Source: Tetramitus jugosus
Taxonomy: Eukaryota; Protista; Heterolobosea
DNA: 64,000 nucleotides
NCBI GenBank assembly: GCA_937625935.1
Contig: OW569370.1
Span: 186,001 to 250,000, forward strand
Direction of reading: 5' to 3'
Shown here: in pieces, positions 1 through 9,907 of the stretch
Layout of the letters: the number at the start of each line of letters is the position of its first letter
Numbering within the stretch: the first letter of the stretch is position 1
Notes under the pieces: generated by a model
Databases searched by the model: none
What the model was told of the DNA's origin: nothing
The model's input: the letters and a program-made list of their open reading frames with translations, nothing else
Made by a program: the position numbers and the translations under genes

Positions 1-2089
1 ATATCTGTTGAACAATGACAGTTCACATACCATTGACATTGCCAGAGAATCATTCAAGGTGACGGATGCCAAACTTCGCAAATTTATGAAGCAGGTGAGA
101 GATTCATCGTCTCAAAGCTACCCCGAATCAAGTCTTGTTGGAACCAAGTTTCTTCAAATCAACGATTATCGTGAAGGAATTCTTAATTTTACAATATCAG
201 GTACTCTTGGTTTTAATTTCTATTCCAATATCATTGGTGATATCATTAATTTGATGAATTCAATGATGGAGGATCAAGAAGACCATGGAATAGATGGCAA
301 TGAAGATTTAGTCAATATGTTGAGGATGGTCGAGTTTCAGTACACGACCAAATCAATTGGATCCTTTGTGTTTTCTCAAAAACAATATCCACTGGAGTTG
401 TATCAAGCCATTTCATACCTTATAGCAAGTAGAGATACCCTTCTCGCGTCGGTGGTGCGCTCAATGGATGATAACGAAGAGGAGGTGTATCAACAGATGG
501 TCAATGGAACTCTTCCTGCCATCACTGCAATGGAGTCCTACTTGTCCTCCGATCGATGGAACTTTACAACCACTGGACCACTACCAAGCGTAACAAAATA
601 TTCTGCTATCATGTGGGATTCAGTTACAATGGATCACATCAGAGCGCTCCGATCAGTTCAATCCTTTTTGGAGAAGAAACTCCTGAAGAAGTCCAATGAT
701 ATTATTTCGAAAGGCACCGGAATAATCATATCTATCATTTGTGTTGTCCTCTTCTTCTTCTGCCTTGTGCTGATTTGCTCATCATTGACATCATGCAGCA
801 TCATTGGACCATGGAGAAGATTGAACAAAATGCAAGAAAATGCAATCAGCAAGTTTGTTCCACAACAATTCTTGAGACTCATGAATGTCAAGAGGATCAA
901 TGACATAGAGTTGGGAAAGTTTGTGGAGAGACAGTTAACCATCATGAACATTTCCATTGCTCAGTTCGCCAAGTTGACATCTGGAATGAAACCAGAACAA
1001 ATCTTGCAATTCACCAACTCATACTTTGGTTACATTGGTCCAATCATTCGCAAATATGGATTTGTTCAGAATTACAATGGTGATGGACTTGTTGCATTGT
1101 ATAAGAGCCAAAGGAAAGCATTGTCTGCGAGTGTTGAACTTCAATTGGCAACAAGTGCTTACAACTTGAATGTTGTTTCAAAGAGTGATTTCCCATTGGT
1201 TGAGGTTGGAATATCAGTGCAGACTGGCGCAGTTCTTGTTGCAATTGTTGGTGAGAATGAAAGAATGGAGTGCACCATACTCAGTTCACACCACAAAACA
1301 TCAGCCAAGCTCGATTATTTAATTCAAAAATTGAACTTGAGAATGCTGACCAATACACTAGGAACTGAAGTATCGATCAAAAAATCATTATCTAGTCAGA
1401 TTGCATACAGAATGCTAGGATCGATGGAGGTAGAAACATCTTCTGGTACCCAACTTACGACGGTATATGAGATTTTGAAATCATCAGACAATGCAAAGCT
1501 TCAATCCAGAGATGATCTCAGGAATGCAGTTACACTATTTCAAACTGGACGGTATGCTGAAGCGGAGCCAATCTTTGTTTCGATTGTTAGTGAACTTTCT
1601 GATGATACAGTGAGCAAGTTGTACTTGAGTCGATGTGAACGACTGGTCAACCAAGTGAAACTCATCAGTTTGAATTTAGGTGTTCAGGAGGTCTTGAAAG
1701 ATGATGAACTATTCCATGGATTTGAAGTGTTTTGCCAGCAAGAGTTCAGTGCAGAAAACATTGTTCTTTGGGGTGAGATTGAACAATACAAAGTGCAACC
1801 AGAAAACAAGAGAAGAACCATCGCAAAGAGATTGAGAAGAGAGTATCTGAGTTTGAGTGGACGGAAAACGATCAACATCAATGAGACGTTGAAGGAAGCT
1901 GTTGCGAATGAGATTTTGAAAGAATCTCATGAGAAAGCACCCGCAGCAGAGTTGTTCTCTGACATTCAACATGAACTGGAACTGTTGATGACAGACACAT
2001 GCAACAGATACAAAGCTTCTTCACTCTTCTTTGAGAGCCTTGCAAGATCAAAGTATGCCATCAGAGCACCTTATCTAGACCAATTGTAA
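1..2089 (+). CDS. NIT-like ectodomain / TM / degenerate class III cyclase / TPR-like / RGS protein, paralog 1 (5' end outside window)
   Basis: Colinear with paralogs 2 and 3 but lacks their first TM, so it is 5'-truncated. TM IIISIICVVLFFFCLVLIC; cyclase-like FVPQQFL, YNGDG, IVGENERMECT; RGS FCQQEFSAENI, TINI, LF-DIQ-EL-LLM-DT-NRY. Confidence 0.85.
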   Translation, partial: YLLNNDSSHTIDIARESFKVTDAKLRKFMKQVRDSSSQSYPESSLVGTKFLQINDYREGILNFTISGTLGFNFYSNIIGDIINLMNSMMEDQEDHGIDGNEDLVNMLRMVEFQYTTKSIGSFVFSQKQYPLELYQAISYLIASRDTLLASVVRSMDDNEEEVYQQMVNGTLPAITAMESYLSSDRWNFTTTGPLPSVTKYSAIMWDSVTMDHIRALRSVQSFLEKKLLKKSNDIISKGTGIIISIICVVLFFFCLVLICSSLTSCSIIGPWRRLNKMQENAISKFVPQQFLRLMNVKRINDIELGKFVERQLTIMNISIAQFAKLTSGMKPEQILQFTNSYFGYIGPIIRKYGFVQNYNGDGLVALYKSQRKALSASVELQLATSAYNLNVVSKSDFPLVEVGISVQTGAVLVAIVGENERMECTILSSHHKTSAKLDYLIQKLNLRMLTNTLGTEVSIKKSLSSQIAYRMLGSMEVETSSGTQLTTVYEILKSSDNAKLQSRDDLRNAVTLFQTGRYAEAEPIFVSIVSELSDDTVSKLYLSRCERLVNQVKLISLNLGVQEVLKDDELFHGFEVFCQQEFSAENIVLWGEIEQYKVQPENKRRTIAKRLRREYLSLSGRKTININETLKEAVANEILKESHEKAPAAELFSDIQHELELLMTDTCNRYKASSLFFESLARSKYAIRAPYLDQL

Positions 2090-2299
2090 AAAACTGTACA
2101 TTATACCCATAGGACATTACCAACAGTCCATAAGAATTAAAACTCCTCTCGGCTCAACATTTTATGCGCAGCTACTCTAAGAATAGCAGGACTGTTCCGG
2201 CTCACATCCACAAAAGACAGTCGCACATTTTTCGTTGGAAGCAACACGTCCTTCGTTGCTACCTTGTCCTTTCGATATCGCGATATCACGGCTTTTGAG

Positions 2300-2308
2300 T
2301 GACAGATG
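2300..2308 (+). promoter_or_regulatory. Candidate conserved upstream element TGACAGATG (second copy at 5404-5412)
   Basis: Same 9-mer 137 and 146 nt upstream of the paralog 2 and 3 ATGs, in otherwise unalignable spacers. Confidence 0.3.
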
Positions 2309-2436
2309 AGATTCAGGACTTTAGAGCACGGCGGATTGGACACAGAAATTTTTATGATTACCTGCGAGTATCAACATGTTCAACAGCCAAGTACTCAACA
2401 ACTACTAGACAACAAGAACAAACCCAAGAAAACACC

Positions 2437-4890
2437 ATGATGACAGAAGCTGTTCCAAGTGCCACAGCAACTCACAAAAAGGATCTGGAGCTGTGTGATA
2501 TAGATACACACGGTGCAGAGACTCTGTCGACAGTCAATCATCACAACTCCACAACATCAAGTGATCCATACTCGGATGAGCTGCTCACATTCACTGCCAA
2601 GGGTTTTCAAGGTCTCATTGAAAGAATTCCAATGCCTGTCAAGCTCTTGTCCATGGCGCTCGCTGCACTTGTTGGCATGGTATGTATAGGAGCCTTTTTG
2701 ATTGTGATTCAATCCATTGATATTCGCAAGGCCAATGATGAACGACAGTTCGTTCACATCTCGGTGGCAACGAGCGATACTGTACTATACCTGCAGAGGG
2801 AGAGAGAAACTATAGTTCAATTTCTGAGCGAATCTCAGTTGAATAGTTCGATTGCTATCGCAAAAGAATCATTCGAGACGACGGACCTCAAGCTTAAACT
2901 CTTTGGAGACAAAGTGAAGGGCTTGTCTGCGCAGAATGCTTTTGAAGCAACCCTCATTGAGCTGCAACAACTGAATTCCATACGTCAAGGAATGTTGAAT
3001 TTTACTGTCGAGGGAGAGACAGGTTTCAACTATTACTCCAAATTGATTGACAGCTTTGCGGTGGGGTTGAGTTCGATTACTCGAAGTAGCTCTAGCATTG
3101 AAGGTAGTGACAATTTGGTTAGTATGTTGAGAATAGGCGAGTATCAGTATGCTCTGAGAACGGGAGGAGAGTACCTCTTTGCTCAAAAACAACACTCCTT
3201 AACAGTGTACTATCAGTTGGTATATTACATATCCGCGAGAGATTCCTTATTAAGTTCAGTACTGTATTCCATGAGCCAGACAGAGATAGAATACTATTAT
3301 CAAGCTGTTAATTCCACTAGTCTACTGGCTCAAATGGAAAGCTACTTGACTTCAGATCAATGGAACTTCACTACTACGGGACCCCTTCCAAATGTTACAC
3401 AATTCTCGAAAGATTTGTGGAGTACAACAACGAAGAATCGTCTCCTGGCTTTTCAATCTGTTCAATCGTATCTGACTCAGGGATTGACGAAACAAGCAGA
3501 AGATACTGTTACTCAAGGAACCAGTATTATTGTTGGAATCATCGTAGTTATTCTGTTCTTCTTTTGCGTTGTACTGTGTTGTTCTTCCCTCACATCATGC
3601 AGCATCATTGGACCATGGAGAAGGTTGAACAAAATGCAAGAGATTGCAATCAGCAGATTTGTTCCACAACAATTCTTGAGACTCATGAATGTCAAAAGAA
3701 TCAATGAAATCGAACTGGGAAAGTATGAAGAACGGAAGTTGACCATCATGAACATATCGATGGGAAGATTTGCCAAGTTGACATCTGGAATGAAACCAGA
3801 ACAAATCTTGCAATTCACAAACTCATACTTTGGTTACATTGGTCCAATCATTCGCAAGTTTGGATTTGTTCAGAATTACAATGGTGATGGACTTGTTGCA
3901 TTGTACAAGAGTCAAAAGAAAGCATTGTCTGCAAGTGTTGAACTTCAATTGGCCACAAGTGCTTACAACTTGAATGTTGCTTCGAAGAATGACTTCCCAT
4001 TGGTTGATGTTGGCATTTCAGTTCAATCAGGAACAGTTCTTGTTGCAATTGTTGGTGAGAATGAAAGAATGGAATGCACAATTATCAGTTCTCACACAAG
4101 GATATCTGCGAAGTTGGACAGTTTGATTCATAAGTTGAATCTGAGGGTGTTGACAACTGCTTTAGAAACTGATACGCCAATTCAAAAATCAGTAACCAAC
4201 CAAGTTGGCTTTCGAGCTTTAGGATCGCTCGAAGTGGAAACAGCATCAGGTACACAACTCGTACAGGTGTTCGAGATTGTGAAATCGTCAGATAAAGTTA
4301 AGTTGCAATTGAATCATGACTTCAGCCAAGCAGTCGAATTGTTCCAATCAGGAAGATTTCCAGAAGCTGAACCAATCTTTGCTTCAATTGCAAGTGAGTT
4401 GATTGATGACACAGTGTGTAAGTTGTACTTGAAGAAGTGTGAACAACTGCTTCAACAAGTGAGAATGATGACATCAAACTTGGGAGTTCAAGATATCTTG
4501 AAAGATGATGAATTATTCCATGGATTTGAGGTGTTCTGTCAGCAAGAGTTCAGTGCAGAAAACATTATTCTTTGGGGTGAGATTGAACAATACAAAGTTC
4601 AACCCGAGGCAAAAAGAAGAACCATCGCAAAGAGATTGAGGAAAGAGTATCTAAGCTTGAGTGGTCGTAAGACAATCAACATCAATCAGACTCTGAAAAC
4701 GGCAGTGGCCAATCAGATATCAGATGACCACTCTGGAGCACCTGCGGCGGATCTGTTTTCAGATATTCAAAATGAACTGGAACTGTTGATGACAGACACA
4801 TGCAACAGATACAAAGCTTCTTCACTCTTCTTTGAGAGCCTTGCAAGATCAAAGTATGCTATCAAAGCACCATATCTCGACCAATTGTAA
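2437..4890 (+). CDS. NIT-like / pseudocyclase / RGS 2-TM receptor, paralog 2
   Basis: First ATG (2437) follows an A/C-rich leader; the ORF-track start at 2299 is GTG. TM1 LSMALAALVGMVCIGAFLIVI, NIT-like LYLQRERE, TM2, cyclase-like and RGS motifs. Confidence 0.85.
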   Translation: MMTEAVPSATATHKKDLELCDIDTHGAETLSTVNHHNSTTSSDPYSDELLTFTAKGFQGLIERIPMPVKLLSMALAALVGMVCIGAFLIVIQSIDIRKANDERQFVHISVATSDTVLYLQRERETIVQFLSESQLNSSIAIAKESFETTDLKLKLFGDKVKGLSAQNAFEATLIELQQLNSIRQGMLNFTVEGETGFNYYSKLIDSFAVGLSSITRSSSSIEGSDNLVSMLRIGEYQYALRTGGEYLFAQKQHSLTVYYQLVYYISARDSLLSSVLYSMSQTEIEYYYQAVNSTSLLAQMESYLTSDQWNFTTTGPLPNVTQFSKDLWSTTTKNRLLAFQSVQSYLTQGLTKQAEDTVTQGTSIIVGIIVVILFFFCVVLCCSSLTSCSIIGPWRRLNKMQEIAISRFVPQQFLRLMNVKRINEIELGKYEERKLTIMNISMGRFAKLTSGMKPEQILQFTNSYFGYIGPIIRKFGFVQNYNGDGLVALYKSQKKALSASVELQLATSAYNLNVASKNDFPLVDVGISVQSGTVLVAIVGENERMECTIISSHTRISAKLDSLIHKLNLRVLTTALETDTPIQKSVTNQVGFRALGSLEVETASGTQLVQVFEIVKSSDKVKLQLNHDFSQAVELFQSGRFPEAEPIFASIASELIDDTVCKLYLKKCEQLLQQVRMMTSNLGVQDILKDDELFHGFEVFCQQEFSAENIILWGEIEQYKVQPEAKRRTIAKRLRKEYLSLSGRKTININQTLKTAVANQISDDHSGAPAADLFSDIQNELELLMTDTCNRYKASSLFFESLARSKYAIKAPYLDQL

Positions 4891-5549
4891 ATAAACTGGA
4901 CTGAATCACTGGAAATATGTCGAAGTACGTTCTTACGAGTTGGAAGCATATTGAAATACGTGTTCACCACCTTAACTAATAAATTTTGACCCAAAAAATT
5001 AGAAGTATTCGGATCAACATCGTGATTTGACCCTTCGTATGGTTCAATTCCTTCTTGTTGTTTCGCGTGTTAAAAATGCGGCACATCACAAAGCTCTCGA
5101 GAGAAACCTGCTTCTCTAAGTTGAATCAACTCTTAATGGTCCTTCGTGGCAGTTGTTGTTTGTGCGGTTAAATACTCTCGAGATGAAAGGATCTCCTCCT
5201 TTTGCGGTTCAGATGCTTTAGACATTGGCAGCGAGTCCTTTGCTTGTGCGATCCTTCGGCAAAGGATGAATGAAAGTACTTGCACTGGAGGTTTCGATGT
5301 TGACCCGTATTGGATGTTGTAGCGCAACTCCGCGTGTTTTTCGGGGCACCCTACGGGTCTTTTTAGCCGGGGATTCGCAATACCGATGTAATACAGCGAC
5401 AGATGACAGATGGGTCAACTTCGGAAGGTGCAACAATAGACGAGAAATGTGCGCAAGGAAGCTCTATTGTGTTAATACAAGCCAACACCACATCCATTCA
5501 CAGCACCACTCAAAACAAAACAAAACAAACTAACAAACAACTACCCCAA

Positions 5550-8012
5550 ATGACAGAGCCAACCTCGAACAACAAGGAAAGAGATCTGGAGCTTTGTGAC
5601 ATGGACACTCACGGTGCAGAGACACTGTCCACCTTCAACCACCACAACTCCACAACATCAAGTGATCCATACTCGGATGAGTTGCTCACATTCACTGCCA
5701 AGGGATTTCAAGGTCTCATTGAAAGAATTCCAATGCCTGTCAAGCTCTTGTTCATGGCTCTCACTGCACTCCTAGGCATGGCGTGCATTGCTGCATTTCT
5801 AATCACGATACAATCGATTGAGATCAGGAAGGCCAATCAAGGACGGAAGTTTGTCAAAGTTACGGTTTTGACCGGAGAGACAGTGCTGTACTTGCAACAA
5901 GAGAGAGGAGATGTTATCAATTACTTGAGTGAGTATCAATTAAACAATGACAGTTCAAACAGTATCGAAATTGCAAAGAGATCGTTCATCACCACGAATA
6001 GCAAGATTAGAAGTTTTAGGAGAGAACTGCGAAGTTTATCCACGCAGAGCGTGTTTCGCGATGGTTTGACCCAACTAGAACAATTGGACAATGTGCGTGA
6101 AGGTATATTAAATTTCAATATATCGGCAAATGATGGATTCGATTACTACTACAATGTCATTGTTAGTTTTACTGATGCTTTGAATTCAATGACTGGAGGT
6201 CTCAATACGCTGAATGGCGAAGGGAGCGCAAACTTGATCAATCTTCTGAGGATTATCGAGTATCAGTCCGCGTTGAAAACGGCAGGAGAGTATCTCTTTG
6301 CCCAAAAACAACACTCGTTAGAGTTCTACTCCATAATGACGTCTCAGTTATCTGGTAGGGACTCTCTGTTGGCATCAGTGTTACAATCAATGAATCAAAA
6401 AGAAAGAGACTTCTATCATAAAGCAATCAATGGTACTATAGCTGAACTTTCTACAATGGAGGCCTATTTGACATCATATCAATGGAATTTCACTACGACA
6501 GGGCCACCACCGAACATTACAGAGTATTCGGAGTGGAAGTGGCGCTCTGTGACGAACGATCATATGCAAGCGTTTGAATCAGTTGGATTGTATCTCGCGA
6601 GTGAATTAACGAGAGAAACAAACGCAGTCATATCTGAAGGCACTGGAATAATCGTAGGAATCATTGTGGTTGTCATTTTCTTCTTTATTGTAGTTCTTTT
6701 GTGCTCCTCTCTTACATCATGCAGCATCATTGGACCATGGAGAAGATTGAACAAAATGCAAGAGATTGCAATCAGCAGATTTGTTCCACAACAATTCTTG
6801 AGACTCATGAATGTGAAGAGAATCAATGAAATCGAACTGGGAAAGTATGAAGAACGGAAGTTGACCATCATGAACATATCGATGGGAAGATTTGCCAAGT
6901 TGACATCTGGAATGAAACCAGAACAAATCTTGCAATTCACAAACTCATACTTTGGTTACATTGGTCCAATCATTCGCAAGTTTGGATTTGTTCAGAATTA
7001 CAATGGTGATGGACTTGTTGCATTGTATAAGAGCCAAAGGAAAGCATTGTCTGCAAGTGTTGAACTTCAATTGGCCACAAGTGCTTACAACTTGAATGTT
7101 GCTTCGAAGAATGACTTTCCATTGGTTGATGTTGGCATTTCAGTTCAATCAGGAACAGTTCTTGTTGCAATTGTTGGTGAGAATGAAAGAATGGAATGTA
7201 CCATCATCAGCTCTCACACGAAGGTATCTGCAAAGTTGGACAGTTTGATTCACAAACTAAATCTAAGAATGCTTACTACTGCCTTGGACTCAGATGGAAC
7301 TCTACAGAAGTCAGTGACTAGCCAAGTTGGCTTTCGGTCGTTAGGTTTGATCGAGGTTGAAACATCCTCTGGACCAGAGCTAATCCGAGTCTTCGAAATC
7401 TTGAAGGAGTCTGACAAATTTAAGCTGCATTTTAATCATGACTTCAGTCAAGCAGTCGAATTGTTCCAATCAGGAAGATTTCCAGAAGCTGAACCAATCT
7501 TTGCTTCAATTGCAAGTGAGTTGAACGACGACACAGTCTGCAAATTGTACTTGAAGAAGTGTGAGCAACTTCTTCAACAAGTGAGAATGATGACATCAAA
7601 CTTGGGAGTTCAAGATATCTTGAAAGATGATGAATTATTCCATGGATTTGAGGTGTTCTGTCAGCAAGAGTTCAGTGCAGAGAACATTATTCTTTGGGGT
7701 GAGATTGAACAATACAAAGTTCAACCAGAAGACAAGAGAAGAACCATTGCGAAAAGACTTAGGAATGAGTATTTAAGTTTGAGTGGACGGAAAACCATTA
7801 ATATCAACCAGACATTGAAAGAGACCGTGTCAAAGGAGATTTTGGAATCGAGTAGCGATGCACCAGAACCTGACCTGTTTTCTGACATCCAACGAGAGCT
7901 CGAATTTTTGATGGCAGACACTTGTAACAGATACAAATCATCCTCATTGTTCTATGAGAGCCTTGCCAAGTCACAGTACTCCATCAAAGCCCCCTATCTT
8001 GACCAGTTGTAA
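5550..8012 (+). CDS. NIT-like / pseudocyclase / RGS 2-TM receptor, paralog 3
   Basis: ATG 5550 aligns with the paralog 2 start (MTE...DLELCD). NIT-like LYLQQERG; same architecture. An upstream in-frame ATG exists at 5403. Confidence 0.85.
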   Translation: MTEPTSNNKERDLELCDMDTHGAETLSTFNHHNSTTSSDPYSDELLTFTAKGFQGLIERIPMPVKLLFMALTALLGMACIAAFLITIQSIEIRKANQGRKFVKVTVLTGETVLYLQQERGDVINYLSEYQLNNDSSNSIEIAKRSFITTNSKIRSFRRELRSLSTQSVFRDGLTQLEQLDNVREGILNFNISANDGFDYYYNVIVSFTDALNSMTGGLNTLNGEGSANLINLLRIIEYQSALKTAGEYLFAQKQHSLEFYSIMTSQLSGRDSLLASVLQSMNQKERDFYHKAINGTIAELSTMEAYLTSYQWNFTTTGPPPNITEYSEWKWRSVTNDHMQAFESVGLYLASELTRETNAVISEGTGIIVGIIVVVIFFFIVVLLCSSLTSCSIIGPWRRLNKMQEIAISRFVPQQFLRLMNVKRINEIELGKYEERKLTIMNISMGRFAKLTSGMKPEQILQFTNSYFGYIGPIIRKFGFVQNYNGDGLVALYKSQRKALSASVELQLATSAYNLNVASKNDFPLVDVGISVQSGTVLVAIVGENERMECTIISSHTKVSAKLDSLIHKLNLRMLTTALDSDGTLQKSVTSQVGFRSLGLIEVETSSGPELIRVFEILKESDKFKLHFNHDFSQAVELFQSGRFPEAEPIFASIASELNDDTVCKLYLKKCEQLLQQVRMMTSNLGVQDILKDDELFHGFEVFCQQEFSAENIILWGEIEQYKVQPEDKRRTIAKRLRNEYLSLSGRKTININQTLKETVSKEILESSSDAPEPDLFSDIQRELEFLMADTCNRYKSSSLFYESLAKSQYSIKAPYLDQL

Positions 8013-8076
8013 ATATTCTGCCTCCGAAGCAACTCAATCTTTTTTCTTGACATGTTTCTTGTGTTTCACTTGGCGA

Positions 8077-8190
8077 GTGAATGCCAGTCAGATGAGAAAT
8101 GCCTTCATCTGCGATTTGACTGCAAAACAGCGTATCAAGTGTATGAATGCCAGTTAAATGAGAAAAGGCTCGATGCAATAGGCCATATCG
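8077..8190 (-). pseudogene. Relic fragment of the LRR gene (about 2 repeats)
   Basis: Translates AFSHLTGIHTLDTLFCSQIADEGISHLTGIH. DNA closely matches 9330-9420, and gcaataggccatatcga matches 8911 and 9569. Internally deleted, with no proper termini. Confidence 0.75.
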
Positions 8191-8632
8191 AACTGCAAAT
8201 TTCAATACTTTTATCACTGGGGACAGACAAGTTAGTTTTGTTTGTTTATCCTACTGTCTGTGAATGATTATGTGCTGGGGTCCTTGTGACTCGTTCTTTC
8301 TTTCTAATTCGATAATTTCGAGAACTTCTACACGAAATGGCACTTCTAGAACGGAGCATCATATACCCAACAAATACAATAGCTCAACAACTGATGACAA
8401 ATCAACAGCCTATCAAACTTTTTCTCTTCAATGTACTTGTTGGTGTGATCGGTGTGTTTTGATTGTGGTCAACCACAGTGGCATCCATCATAGTGGTGAC
8501 GAGAGACACTGCACCGAGCCCGAAGAGTAAAACAAAATGTAGAATCGATTTATCATGGCAAAATTGGTCACATGTTACACTCTTGTAACAAAGTTCATCG
8601 TGCAATGTCCTCTCTATCACAATACAAGATCG

Positions 8633-9907
8633 TCACTTCATCACTAGAGTTATTGAATTAGCTTTACAGTGTTCAACCACCTGCTGGATGAAACTGTTGT
8701 CTCGCTCATTATCAAACCAATAGAGGTTGTGAAGGTTCTTCCAATGAAAGAATGCCTGCTCCGTGATCGATTCTTGACTACAACTACTCAGATTGAGTGT
8801 GTGGATATCAGTCAAATGAGCAAAGAATTCATCTGTGATTTGATTGCAAAAAGTCAGATCTAGCGTGTGAATGCCAGTCAAATAAACAAACGCACTGTCT
8901 GTGATTTGATAGCAATAGGCCATATCGAGTGTATGAATACCAGTCAAATGAGAAATGGCTTCATCTGTTATTTGAGGGAGACATCTCATGCTGAGTGTAT
9001 GAATGCCTTTCAAGTGAGAAAAAGCCTGATTCGTGATTTGCTTGCATCTCCCCATGTTGAGTGTATGAATACCCTGCAAATGAGAAAACGAATTGTCTGT
9101 GATATTCTCGCAGTAACTAATGTCGAGTGTGTGAATACCAGCCAAATGATGGAATGCGTTGTCAGTGATAAGGCAACCACTCATGTTGAGCGTGTGAATA
9201 CCAGTCAAATGAACAAACGCACTGTCTGTGATTTGATTGCAAGAGGCCATATTGAGTGTATGAATACCAGTCAAATGAGAAATGGCTTCATCTGTTATTT
9301 GCGCGCAACCAGTCATGTCAAGTGTATGAATACCAGTCAGATGGGGTATAGCTTCATCTGTGATTTGACTGCAAAACTTCATATCAAGTGTATGAATGCC
9401 AATCAAATGAGAAAAGGCTTGATCTGTGATCTGTTCGCACTCAGTCATGGCCAGTGTATGAATGCCAATCAAATGAGGAATGGCTTCATCTGTGATTTGC
9501 TTGCAATAATCCATTCTGAGTGTATGAATGCCAGTCAAGTAAACAAAAGCATTGTTTGTGATTTGATAGCAATAGGCCATATCGAGTGTATGAATACCAG
9601 TCAAATGAGAAACGGCTTGATTTGTAATTTGCGTGCATCTTCCCATGTTGAGTGTATGAATACATTTCAAATGAGAAAACGCATTGTCTGTGATATTCTC
9701 GCAGTAACTAATGTCGAGTGTGTGAACACCAGACAAATGATGGAATGCGTTGTCAGTGATAAGGCAACCACTCATGTTGAGCGTGTGAATACCAGTCAAA
9801 TGAACAAACGCACTGTCTGTGATTTGACGACAATATATCATCACAAGTGTGTGAATCCCTTCCAAGAATTGGAAATGCTCATCTACCACATGTGAATTCT
9901 CATTCAA
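8633..9907 (-). CDS. Cys-containing leucine-rich repeat protein, 17 x ~22-aa repeats (start uncertain)
   Basis: Consensus LTGIHTLxMxxCxQITDxAFxH. The ORF-track start is TTG; no in-frame ATG precedes repeat 1. Confidence 0.85.
   Translation of the reverse strand: MNENSHVVDEHFQFLEGIHTLVMIYCRQITDSAFVHLTGIHTLNMSGCLITDNAFHHLSGVHTLDISYCENITDNAFSHLKCIHTLNMGRCTQITNQAVSHLTGIHTLDMAYCYQITNNAFVYLTGIHTLRMDYCKQITDEAIPHLIGIHTLAMTECEQITDQAFSHLIGIHTLDMKFCSQITDEAIPHLTGIHTLDMTGCAQITDEAISHLTGIHTLNMASCNQITDSAFVHLTGIHTLNMSGCLITDNAFHHLAGIHTLDISYCENITDNSFSHLQGIHTLNMGRCKQITNQAFSHLKGIHTLSMRCLPQITDEAISHLTGIHTLDMAYCYQITDSAFVYLTGIHTLDLTFCNQITDEFFAHLTDIHTLNLSSCSQESITEQAFFHWKNLHNLYWFDNERDNSFIQQVVEHCKANSITLVMK
8745..9870. 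repeat. Coding tandem repeat, 66-bp unit, with a 591-bp-offset block duplication
   Basis: Recurring tgtatgaataccagtcaaatgag; 9121-9236 is near-identical to 9712-9827. Confidence 0.9.

Noticed and set aside
5030-5060. GGTTCAATTCC, a tRNA T-loop/B-box-like motif
   Set aside because: No T-stem beyond 2 bp, no cloverleaf, and no A box.
5403-5549. In-frame N-terminal extension of receptor paralog 3 (and 2299-2436 of paralog 2)
   Set aside because: Not conserved between paralogs and runs through A/C-rich leader sequence; probably untranslated.
8745-9870. Regularly spaced repeats resembling a CRISPR array
   Set aside because: Repeats are in-frame coding units with codon-level variation, there are no cas genes, and the context is eukaryotic.
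8867-9895. 342-aa ORF antisense to the LRR gene
   Set aside because: Shadow of the 66-bp coding repeat; a stop-free unit propagates on the opposite strand.
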